A stretch of DNA of 64,000 nt, from assembly GCF_964355755.1 (NCBI RefSeq), contig NC_092675.1, positions 4,273,812 to 4,337,811 of the forward strand, read 5' to 3'. The notes beneath the pieces were generated by a model. It did no database searches and was not told the origin of the DNA. It worked only from the letters and a program-made list of their open reading frames with translations. This DNA is from Antedon mediterranea. Taxonomy: Eukaryota > Animalia > Echinodermata. The position numbers and the translations under genes are program-made. Positions 1 through 13,500 of the stretch are shown here, piece after piece (position 1 is the stretch's first letter; every line of letters begins with the position of its first letter).

Positions 1-150
1 AAAAAAGCACCAACAATTGATTTCAAATGACTCCTCCGCGTAACAGTAAAAGCAGCAAAAATCTAAATTTATACAATGTTAAAGTCACATTCAAAAGTCT
101 TCTTTGACATTACCGTAGGTAATACTTATTGAAATAGTATATGCCTAATT

Positions 151-1517
151 TCAGCATTGTGAATAATCCTTTTCGGGCATCGCACCTGCCCCAGGTGGAA
201 CTATTTCCTCGTCTGACGTAATATCTCCATATGAAAAACCCGGATGCATGTCTACATTCACATAAGGCTAAAAATAAAAATAAAAATTTCGTCGTCAGCC
301 ACAAACTATTGAAAATATAATATCCTTTATCCTAATATCCTAATATCATTTATGGGAATATGTATATTCAAATGAATTTTCCCGGAGTTTGGGATAATAA
401 TGTTTATTGAATTGAATGTTCTTTCTTTAAACAGATATCATATAGATAAGTGGAAATAGACCTTTTACTATTTAAAAAATGAAGAAAAGAACCATACCTT
501 ATGTGCTTGTACTAGACGATTGAGGGCGATATATAGCTGTGCAAAGGTTGGTCGTTCATGAGGTCTGTCCCGCCAACAATGTTTCATTATGTCGTAACTG
601 CAAACAAAATAACAATACCACATTATTTTTTGAAATTTATCATTCAATTCAATTTCAATTTTACAACATACATCATTATTTATTTACTATATTAATTTAT
701 TATTATATTTATATTCATTAATTCATTAAATTCATCACCGATGTGGTGGAGAGGAATATTTTTCTGAATCATTTTCAACAATAATAGTGGATAGCAAGTA
801 TGAGCGTCTATTGTATACACTTATTAAAGTACATAACATAAGTAAGGCGAATCATACACACATAGGCCTACAGACATACACATGCCATATTAACAGAATA
901 CACTTAACCTTTCTTCTTTTTTTCAACAAAATGTATTTATAGTCTAGGCGATAAAGATAAGAGTATATTATTATTTTTAAAGTTTTCATTAATAGGTCCT
1001 CTTATATTATTTTCTTATTGATCAGTAGGCTATTTAAAATTTTAAAAAAATAGACCAATCACAAACTATATCAGTCAATAACAATAACTAATCAAAATGT
1101 GTAATTATCTTTAATCATGTTGTCTTAATTTTGTGTCATTGAACTAACTAAAAATAATTGTGTAAACTCCTTGAACTCGGACCTACTACTACCACAAAGG
1201 AAATCTTAACAAAAGAAATTTAATTCTACTTTACATTTCATCATCACAATTTAGCGGTTTCTGCATCCTGTATCCGGTAGGCAACTTATCGTACAGTTCT
1301 GCGCAGGTCATTCCAGGATAAGGCGTTCCACCTGTTATAAGGAGATTTAATGTCCATTATCTTCCGTTTGTAACTAAATTCATTTAATTAGGCCTACTTT
1401 ATTATATTCACCTTACAAACGGTTCTGCAAATTCGGTTATAAATTTTGTCAATCATTTAAAAATTTATCAGATGAAATTATCAGGAGTATGGCCTAACAT
1501 TCATCATTATTCAATAA

Positions 1518-1548
<31 letters not shown>

Positions 1549-4500
1549 TCATTTTATGTCACTTTACTAATAAACATATATAAAGTGGAGGAGCCTAAAT
1601 GGAAGCATAGCTTGTAGTGAATAGGCTCATCAAAACAAAAACAAAAAATTCTAAAAATAAACTCTAATATTTGTGATAAAAGAACTATATACTGTAGCAA
1701 TTTCAATATTGTAACTAATCATCGTAATTATTCATTTGTATGCAACAGTATATTGCCAAAATCAGAATTTAGAACAATTCTACACTAGATCGTAAATTTG
1801 ATTTGAACCAAGTACTTTGCCATTATTTTGCTTCTCTATGGTTAGTGCACCTTCACAAGCTCTAGGTCACTCCACTTCCTGGAGAGAAATTATAAATACA
1901 AATTGTGTAGCAATTTCAAATAATTAAGTTAACACTTACCAAGTGTTACAATTTCCCATAAAAGAATTCCAAATGACCATCTGTAACAAAATAAAGAGAA
2001 CTTTTAAAATCGATAATCGATAATAATCGATAATGCAGAACTTATTAGGGTTTAATGTTACTTAACTCAGAGTTCTGCATTATTTGTTACAGACTGATGG
2101 ATAACTGTAAAATTAATCATTTGGGAAAAGAAGTTTTCAAAGATACTTATCATCAATTCCATAAATTAGATCATTCAAAAACATCACAATCTACAGTTTT
2201 AAAATGTCAAATCTTCGTAAGATGGAAAAGAGCCTTTATAGTATAGAATGATTGTCAACACATGTGTTGTGTGTTTTTAGTATTGTCTTATCATTGAACA
2301 TTGTTCCTATGGAATCTTGGTTGAAGTAAACGTCACCAGCAGAAATCGCCTGCATTAGAGTTATAATGTCTTGCCAGCATGTCAAAATCATGAGGTTTTT
2401 GCGCATAACCAAAAAGTTAGATTCACTATTAATATACAATGCGTTTAAAATTCTTTTTGTGTGTGTCTAGTGCCACGATGACAAACTTACTACAAACACA
2501 CGTATTTTAATACGTGTGTTTGTAGTAAGTTTGTCATCATCAAAGTTCTGAATGCAAACTTACACGTCACTTTTGGTTGTATACACACTGTAGTTGATAG
2601 ACTCTATTGCCATCCACCTGACAGGAAGTCGACCCTGTATAATTATAAATCAAAAATATCTTTTAAACAATTTTACAAACATAGTTCATTCCTTATACAA
2701 AAAAGAAACAATTACAGTAGTCTTTTGTTTATTTCATTAAATTTACTTTTTTTTTATTTGGTAAAAAAAATAACTCACAGCGGTCGTTTTAACATAGACT
2801 TCTTCACTCCTCGACAACCCAAAGTCTGTAACTTTGGCCACCATTTTGAGACCTGGTCCTTCACAAAGCAATACATTTCTCGCAGCAAGATCTCGATGAA
2901 CACACTAAAAAAGATTATATAATATAGAAAGTTATGTAGAGATTCCTGTGTACGTTTGTCGATCCTGTGAACAATTATGTAACCTTTAAAGTTCTACACT
3001 ATCAAACTAGTTTGACAAAAGTGTTGTGTGCCCAAATATGGTAGTGATTCTTACCTTTAAGTGGTGATGTTAGTGATATACCTAAATAGTGATATTACAT
3101 CATCATGTCCATAAATGGGCATATCACATTTTTTCATAACGTTTGATAGTGTAGACAGAGCTTTAGAAGTATAGTTAATGAATTCTCTTTATTCTTGTTT
3201 AAATATAATTATTATTATTTATTATATAAATACAAAAACAAACAAATTGTAGATCTGTACATACTCCTTTTTCTGATAGGTGCTTCATGCCAAGTGTCAC
3301 GTCTGCCGCAAACTGGAGAAGATCCTCTGACGATAACGTCGACGACATGTTGGTTTTGGTTGCATAATTCGGATCAGTCTCAATGCAACGGCTGTGGCGA
3401 AGGTAGTTCAACAGATTACCATGTTCGGCGTATTCAGTCGCAACGTACAATACACCTGATGCAATGTGATCAAACGGTCAATGTATTACAATAACATCAA
3501 GAATAAAACAGACATGCTAAAAATATATACCCATTACCAACAAAATAATAATACTAATAAGTTAATAATTTTCCTATACGCATGGAGTGTTTAGATGGGC
3601 TCTTGTAAACCACTTTGATCTGTAAAGGCGCTATAGAAATGATTATTTTTATGTTATTTATGGTATTTAAAAAAATTCAGTTAATTTCATTCCTTTTGAA
3701 ACAATATTTAGGTTAAATAGTGTTCTTAATACCTTCGTATTCACAAGCACCGATAAGATTCACAATATTTGGATGATATCCAACTTTACACATTATGTCA
3801 AGCTCTCCAATGAAATCCCGTCGATCGTTGTCAGTTACGCCTTCTGTACAAATAAAAAACAGAAACATTATGTGTCACATATTATATACAATATTAACTT
3901 TTTCAAAGCAATAGGTCTACCTTTTTTTGGAGGTGCGTTTAAAACGCGATGAAGCATGTTTTAACACATAGGTAAGTAACCTTTCGTAAGTGTGACATAA
4001 GCATGCCTTAAAGCGTGGTTCCCACTACTAGCGACGAAACGTAACGCAATCTACGCAACGTAAGCAAATGCCCTTCTAATAATTTTGTTTGCCTCCACAC
4101 CTGCGTGAAATCAAACCTGCGATGTTTGCAGCACTATTGCGTCGTCGGTTCCCACTTGTGATTACGCAATACAGAACTTTGCGTCGATACGCCGGAACCA
4201 CGCTTTACATACTTATTCCTATAACTAACCTTTCAGCATTTTAACGGCAGCCTGAACTGCTGTGTCCTCTTTCTTTATCACTGCCTTCATCACTTGGCCA
4301 AAGTTGCCTTCAGCGATGATTATATTTTCCAGGACCATGTCTTTCCATGGTATCTGATAGTATGTCGGTGGAGGAGAAAGCTGTGATTTCATAGAGTAAC
4401 TAGGTGACAAGGGGGACATAGGACCGAAAGCTCCTGGTGATAAAGGAGGTGACGGTGTGGGGAAAACGAACACGTTTCCCTGTTGTGAAGAAAGAGACAT

Positions 4501-7500
4501 TGGGATTCGACTTGGAGATCTTGGTTGCGCTACGCCAGTATCATAATCGTTTGCCACGGTGCGTTGTCGAAGAAGCTGAAATACAGTATATAAGAGAGTA
4601 TTATTTAAAGAACAGAAAGGATTGTGAGATAAAAACTAAATAAATACTATTTTTGTATATGAATATTTATACAATCAAATCCTAACTTTTGCCGCAAGTC
4701 CCCAACTCTTTTATATTTAAACAAAAAAGCATTCTGACTAATATGAAAGATTTCTTACTTGAGGTAGGCCTACTTATTATAGGTATCTAATTTGCGAGTA
4801 ATAAAATAAGCAAGGTCACTAAAATCTGAATCCTTACTCCTTGGTAACTCATCGGAGTTTCAGCTTGTTCCCGATTATTCTTTGACTTTTGTTTGACGAC
4901 ACAAGCAGCTGTAGCAACAAAAACAAACGCTAGTATAATAATAAGCACAACGATAACCACAGTTATTATACTGTTTTTACTGCTGTTGTCGTTGGGCTGG
5001 TCACCGGTACTATCACCTGATGTCGATTCCTCCCTCGCAGTCTTTTGCTTCGGTTCAATTGGTGCCGTAGTTTTTCTAGTTGCTGGAAGTTTAAATAGAA
5101 AATACATATCAATATTAACTTAAATACATATTTTAGGTATTAGCTTGTCTAAACCTTCTATAGCTTTTGTTTATTCTGTTATTATGCTTCGTATCTCCCT
5201 TGTACTTGTTATTTTTTAACCATGTTAAAGGCCCAAAACTAAGACAAATATACTTCTAGGTTGGTCCTGATTTTATGCTCTGTATTATTTGTATGGCATT
5301 AGATGGAATAAATGTTGTTTTAATGTAAACGGAGTTTATAAGTACCAAAGACAAAAACAGCAAAGCGATGGGTCATAAATAAATAATTAAGCAAAATCTT
5401 AGGCTTGATATAGATACATTTTAGACCACATTCTAGAAATAGTGGTTCAGCTACGCTAGGTATTTATAATGTAGGTACTATACAACACTTAGTTTCAACT
5501 ATGTGACCCGATCTGGCAAAACCCTACTTTTGTCGGAAATTTTCCTTTTGTTTCAAAGCATCGACTAAACGAAACAAAGTTCATCTTTCTCTAGTCCTCC
5601 ACTACACATTTAGGCCTACCCTAGCAATCTTGCTTTTAATATGTATGAAGAAAAATATGACGTCATACTTGTTATAGGCGTTGTTCTCATTTCTATGACA
5701 GAACTCCACGGTCCATATCCTTCAGTGGTAGAAGCACGAACGTTCATAAAGTAAATGGTGTCTGGTTGTAACGAACTGTACGTAACACCACTGGTAGGCT
5801 TGACTGTGCAGTTGGCTTCATCATCAGAAACACCAGAAGTGTATGATAAGCAAGTCTCATATTGTGTGATGATACCATTCGCTTCTAGTGGTTTGTCCCA
5901 TGACACTGATATAGAGGTCGTTGTTGATTGATGTTGGATGTTGACTGGAGCGTCAGAAGGACCTGCAGGTAAATGATAATGTAATGTAAATCCACAAATT
6001 TTAAATGGGGATGGTGGATTGTCGAGCGTGTAGTTTAAGTGATGGTTGTGGCAGGTATAAAAACAAAATATTTCTATAAAAAACAACTCATGATATGTCC
6101 CCATCTTCAGCATTCCAAAACCAATCTTTGTGATTAATCTTAAAAATGTTATTAGAATAATATATCGGTGGGACATCATATCTATGACGGAAACAAACCT
6201 TCCATGGTTGCACTAATAATATAAACGTATGAATGAGAAAAATATGAGATTAAATTATTGTTTTAGTATTACAAATCAAGTAACATATATATCTTATACA
6301 CTCAGATCAAGCCCAGTAAATGCTTTCTGTTTTTTTTGTATCTCCACTGCTATGAAATGTACTTACTGCTCTGTGGCGTTGATTTCACAAGCGTATTCTG
6401 CACTCCAAGTTTCGGTGATGCTGTACGTGCACTGACATAAATCAAATATTCTGTATGCCATCTTAACTTTTCAATCTTCTTATAAAGAGGGTGAACCATG
6501 TACGTCGTTTTCTCTGGGTCTTCTGTGCGTCTAACCACAGTCACGTTATAGGATTGAATAACGCCGTTAGTCTGCAAAGGTTTACTCCACGATACGATTA
6601 TATACGGCTGTTTGCTATTTCTGTCTATATTAACTTTGCCTATAAGGTTTTCAACTTTCTCCGGAGCTGTCGGAAAATAAACACAGACAAATAACTTATT
6701 GTTTTTCATTAAACTCTATTTAAATCCTGGTTAGAGTTTGAATTGAGTACCGTACTAATTATAGTAATTCATTAGTACGGTAATCTACATTGTAATTGAA
6801 TTGCATTCGACCTTATGCGTGTGATTTTTTTTGGTGTTTAATTCCTAGTCAAAATATCAATTTAATTGTATGTTTTTGATATATTATATATTCAAATTAA
6901 ATAGAACTTACGGCCCTGAGAAACTCGGTAGTTATATTGTCTAGATGGCCTCCCATTCAGCCCACAGTTTATTGCTATCATGTAGACGGTGTAAGATTCA
7001 TAAGGCCTAAGTCCAGTTATATTATACTCTTGAGTGGTCGGGTCCGCTATAAACAATGTCTTTTCTCCATATTTATCTCCTGACTCTCGATAATTTATTT
7101 CAAAACTATCGTAATCAGGCGGATTAGTCGGTGACGTCATCTGTAAAAGAGTTCGTTCGGGTTTGAACACGAAAAAAAAAAACATTTTTGCAGACAATTC
7201 TTATTTTCATTATTCTCCTGTCACTCATAGCATGACTTTTTAACAAAGTTGTATATTCTTACCGTCCAGGCAACAGTTATTGTGTTTTCGTCAGGGCTAT
7301 GTTTATCAGGACGAGGAGGAACAATCGACGGCGCATGTGCGGGAGCTATGAATGAAAATAGGTGATTTAGTACTGTTATAGAAACTTGTTTCTAGATGAC
7401 TTTCGATGGTCAGTTAGTACCTATCGAGTGACAGCTGCAGAATCGGATGAATGTATATGGGCTTACTGGAAAAATATCAGTTGGTAATAAATAATAAAAT

Positions 7501-10500
7501 TGCGTTTCGTCATACGTTTGCGTGTGCATAAATTTAACGTATGATCATAGTACTTTACGTTCACTTCATGTAGGCCTATATAACAGAATGTTATAGCAAT
7601 AGCAGATCTTACACAATGTTTGTTATTGTTTATTATTAGTGTTATTAGTTATGCATATTTCTGGGATTTTTTTCATATATATCTACGTCCCGAGATGGGT
7701 TTTAAAGGTACGTTGTGTGTTGGCCACTTACCACTACATTTTATTGTAATTGTGGAAATTGAACTAAATTCGCCGATAGCATTATCCAACCTGCTTCCCC
7801 CAGGACGTCGGAATTTGGTCTTGAACTCATACGTTGCATGAGGCGTTAGATTTTCGAGCGTGTACCCGTTTACCACGTCATTTTTACTGATATACTCCTC
7901 TTTCCAGTCTTCATTGCTTTCAAGGCGATAGTAAAGGTAGATAGATTGAACTGGCCCATCTCCTGTGTAGTTTTGAATATGCAGGTCAAGTCGAAAAATA
8001 CGGTTGTTGTTTTCGATTACGCTTGGCCCCATGGTGGGGGTAGGAGGTTCTGTTGATATAATTGTACAGTTTGTCAAACAAAATCCAATTAAAGAGCTAA
8101 CCTTTAACTATCTATTTACCTTTCTGGATCGATGATACAATCATCAAAATTCTTCTCCAGATACATAATTTTGAAGGCAACGTTGGTGTATTTTCCAATT
8201 TACCAGTAGAAATTCGACAATGAATAAAACATAGGTTTCGGTTTATTGGGTTAGTGGTAGTGAAAATCAACATTTATGTACATCAGGCGATCCACAACAA
8301 CATCAATGAAGATAAAAGCCACTAACCTTTCAACCTAAAGTACCATGTTGTATCGGCGTATCCAGTGCCGTTAATCACCCGACAAGTGTAGTCTCCGGGT
8401 TCAGCATTCTCAACGTAGAATCTATATTCACTACTAAGAGTCTGGTGTGGAGATACCTCTTGGTTGGAAGGAGTTATTAAAAACACTACCGTGCTTTCGT
8501 CGTAGGTCACATCAAGAGAACATGCCAATTCGGCATCAACACCAATATTGTCTTGGAGGACTCTTTCCTTAGCAGAAACCGGGTCAGTACCTGTCCAAAG
8601 CACAGAAAATTGGACTCAATTAAAACCAACATTTTGGGTTTTAACAATAAAATTAATTTGTTTTTTTTATAAAGGTAAATAGAAATAGATTTAAGCAACA
8701 AGGAAAAACTGACTTCTGCAGCTCGTATGTTTAATTGTTGTTTATATGCTCTACTGTTAAGCGAACAGGATGGTATGATGGTGTGAAAATACTTTAAAGG
8801 ACATTCCTCTTATTAGTTTAGTATGAAATCATTGTCTGTTTTGTTTTGTTTTGTCCCGGTTAGCCCTAAGTATTTTAGGCCAAAAGATTCTTCTTACCTG
8901 TTGCCACAATAACGGTTGAAACATTGTATTGACCAATATTACAACTAAACTCTAGTTGCCCATTATTTTTCTTGGGAATAAACTTAAACTGTGCTGAATG
9001 GTCTGTTAGTTCGTCTTGTTGTGTACCTTCATACCATGGCTTGGGTCCGATTCCAACAAACTACAACGAATACATTGATTGATGTTGATAATCACTGATA
9101 TATGTTAAGGTTTACGTGCCCTTAAATTTCACTCGAAAATTACACGTAATTTGGTGAGGCAGTTTGTTCCATCTCTAATATACGAGGGAGGCCGGTGGAA
9201 AAATGATATGTATTTGTTTATTTTCATCGTCATCATCATCATCACTATCATCATCATCATCATCATCATCATTGTTATTATCGTCATCATCGTCATCATC
9301 ATCATCATCATCAGCGTCACTACCATAATTGTTATTATCATCATCATCGTCATCATCATCATCATCATCATTGTTATTATCGTCATCATCGTCATCATCA
9401 TCATCATCAGCGTCACTACCATAATTGTTATTATCATCATCATCGTCATCATCATCATCATCATCATTGTTATTATCGTCATCATCGTCATCATCATCAT
9501 CGTCACCATCATCGTCATCATTATCATCATCATTGTGCTTACCGTAATGTATGGCGGGTTTGGACAATCATCATCTGAGCATGTGCAGTTCAGCGTAATA
9601 GATTCGTCATCAAACAAGTTTACCTCTGTTTTGGTGGCTGTAAACGTGAATCCTTGCATAATAAAAAAAAGTGAAAATTGATTATAGAATTTGAGAAAAG
9701 GTTCGATTAATGAATTTTAACCACTTTTCAAATGCTTACATTTTAACTGCATTTACAAAACGTATTTATTTACCCAATTCGTGGTGTTGTTCAGTATAGT
9801 TGTTAAATTGAAATATTGATTGTCACCCAAAACTCGTTTTTTTGTTTATGAAATTGTTCGACACATACTAAGTGATTCAAAGAATAAAAATATTATTTTT
9901 TGGTTGTATGCTCTAATTATTATTATTTTTATTCTAAAATAATCTAAGTATACATACTCTCTGACGAACATGTAGGCCCTCTAAAACCATCCGTACAAAT
10001 ACAGCCACGTTGTCTATCGCAACTTGCTCCATTCATACATGTACATGTTTCACGGCAGTCGGGTCCATAGAAACCATCAGAACATGCTAATTAGAAAATA
10101 ACGTTTTTGAATTATGCTTTCATTGACATTGATTGATGTTTTAATCTAATCTGTAATTTTGTGCAAATTAAAATTAACAAAGATGTTCACTCTTTTTACC
10201 AATCGCAATCAACAATTAGCTGTTACTAAATAATATATAAATATATTGTTTACTGTTTTAAAACACATTTTATATTTATATATTGTAAGTTTGTATATGT
10301 TATATGTACACGTCTACATATACTGTTTATATAATTATACATTTATTTTAGGTAATATCATTGGATTGCTGACTCTTGTTACTTTAGCAATTCCTAACCG
10401 ATTCTCTCTTATATCTGACGTTATTGGTATTTGGTTAAATTAATGACATGAAATATAATTCATCGTCGGACTCAATCAATAGAAAGATGACGTACGTTCA

Positions 10501-13500
10501 TTACATCCAGGACCTGTGAATCCACTTCCGCACTTGCATCCAAACGGGTTGTCCTTACAGAACTGCCATCTGCATCCTTCTTCAGGGCAGTCATGTAGAC
10601 ATTCATCTCCATATGTGTTTGCTGGACAAGCTATTATAGAAGCCAAATACGTAATTACATAGATATCGGGATGCTAACTTATTACCAGGCATAAATATTG
10701 CCTTGGTATTACTGGTTTAGGCCTATATGCTGTAAAGCTCTGAATGTAATATGCCCATACATGGACATGATGATGGCATACCACTACCATATTTGGGTAT
10801 ATCACTACCATATTTCGGCACATCCCACTTTTTTGTAAAACTATATTAATAGTTTAGACAGATTTTTAGTATACTTACCCGTTTCGCAATGTTCACTAAT
10901 AAAGTTCGGATGACAAATGCAAAAGCCACCTTCGTCACAGACTCCGCCATTGTAACACTTTGGGCAATCCTGGTCACAATTTGGAGGGTTGAATTTACCG
11001 TTAGGACACACTAAAATATTGTTAAAAACCTAATTATTATAATGTACCATTCGAAAAATTGAGCTGTTAATAGGAAACGCCTTTTCGTTTATTATTAACT
11101 ATATTATACATTGTTATTGCCTACACCTAATAATATTTTAAATAATTATGTATCTATTAACTAATTCATAATAGTATTATTAGTGATGACCTCCTAACAA
11201 TCCTTACCCTTGACTTGTACTTGGAAAGATACACCTAACGCTCGTTCTGATTGGTATACCTCATACACTCCCGCGTGGTGTAACTGGGCTGCAGTGATAC
11301 TGTAAATAACATCTGTTGTAGTAATTTCATATTTTAGATTTTCATCAATCTGGCCGTTGTACCGCCAAACAAGAGTCTCGTTTGCTTGGAATTCAGACGT
11401 TTTTCTCAAGATAATCGAAATCGATTCACCAACACTTGTTGTGTAAAATAACTGATCGACTTGTAAAATTGCTGTTAAATTCAAATTTAATTAATTAATT
11501 TAATTTAATGTAATTACGTGGGATTGTTTACAGTAAACATATTTAACAAAAATCATTGCGTAGAAATAAAACCATGAAGTTCTCCATATTATAGTTTGAA
11601 TATTTTGGTTAAAATCTAGAGTTTGTATAATACCAAAATATCGAACAAATATGGGACAACACTCTATCAGGTATTCTTGTGCAAAATGTGAAATGGTATC
11701 CCAGATGATTATAAATCACATTTTTGTTTAAGATTGATTATATATTTAAAGAGAAAGTAAGTTTAAAAAGATTGCCCTTATTTATCTATTATCTATTTAT
11801 TCTTCAATGTTTAGGGGCTGTTACTTATGTTGACAATGTTTATAACTTATTTTGGGGTAACTAAATGAAAGAAGAAGAAAAGACAAAACTTTGAATTAAT
11901 ACGTGTCTGATTGCAATTAGCAAATGGCAATGAACCACATGTATGACTTTGCTTTGACCCGGACAGACATTTATTCTGTTTAAGATAATCAAGAAAAACG
12001 GAAGAGGTGCAGTAAAATCAGCTATTATATATGTAGGCCTTTTAAAAGTAAATTCACATCAACATACATTTGCGTATACATTCTTATGATGTATATTAGT
12101 TCAAAATACATTATTTATGGGAATAAATTTATAATTGTAATTACAGTATTTATCTTCCTTTATATTGTTTGAAGGATGGCGAAATCAAATGTTGATATAA
12201 ATTTTGCGGTACACCACGTATATTATTTTAGTTAGGAGTGGGGGGGGGGGGGGATTGAAAATAGCTACAGAAGAGCATTGTTTCTGATAGGTGTGAAAAG
12301 CAAAGTGAGACAAGCTAAAAACAATAGCATTTGTATCGATACAGCTTTGATACAATGCTATTGTTTTTAAGTTGTCTCACTTTGCTTTTCATATATAAAC
12401 AATATCTTCCTTTAAACCTAAATCTCTATTAATACACCTCAACCTGATCACCAGTTACTAAGCGAAATGGAAAGAGAACAATTCCAAAGATATGGAGAAA
12501 ACCACAACAACAATAAGACAACGGTGGTGATTGACAGTCGAGAATTAATTCTAATTAATGTTCAAACTATAAAGTGAGGACAATCTGTGACAATGAGAAA
12601 AAGAGAATAATAAATAAATAAAGAAAGAAAGTTGAAACTAAAAAATAATTTCTGGGAACATTACATAAAATTTCGTTCGTAATAGTTTGTATAAGTACAA
12701 ATTTAAACTTAATATGAAATACATTGTATAGGCTTAGAAACGAGAGGTGATATGACCAACAATAGAAAACATATGAAATATGCTTCTTTGTATTGTACGA
12801 AGGGAATCTGTGTTATCTATTAGAATAATCACTTTGAACACAATAGATTCGATATTGTACTTTCTATGGGAGTGGTGAGGCGCAACCGGTGTCCAGGTGC
12901 GGGTTCCAACTAGGCCTATGTGTCCTTCATATTCATTGCAATCAGTTCGATATTTAATTAAGATAAACTAATTGCAAAGTAGGCCTACAATATTATTAGA
13001 AAACAGTAACAGGACAGCTGTGAAGATTTTTGTTTCAGTATATTTATTATTATTAATTTTTTTAAGTGTTTGTATGAGTACCGAGATATCAAACCATTGA
13101 CTTTACCAACTTATTAATAGCCCTACTTAGAAAAAAAGTATTCTGAAAGTAAAGGTAAGTAATGGAACATGGGACTATTTTTTTTATCTAGAACTATCAA
13201 TACGAAGAACATTTGTTTGAAAAAAAAATGTTATATATGGTGGTCATTTCGAAAAAAACTGAAAAGGTTAATGAAAAGTGGTCGGCGTTTGCTGAAAAAG
13301 TTACTGAAATGGTGGGCGTTTGCTGAAAAAGTTATTAAAATGGTAGGGGTTTTCCTCATAATGTGATGGTATATAATGAACAAAGTTATTTTAATGGTAC
13401 AAAGGCGTTTTTCTGAAAAGTTACTGAAATGATTGAAGGGCGTTTTCTGACAAAGTTACTTTAATTATGAGAAGGGCGTTGGCTAAAAGGTTACTTTAAT

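Noticed and set aside
9129-9681. Poly-Met, poly-Ile and poly-Asp ORFs
   Set aside because: Translations of the (TCA)n microsatellite; only 9543-9637 is a real exon
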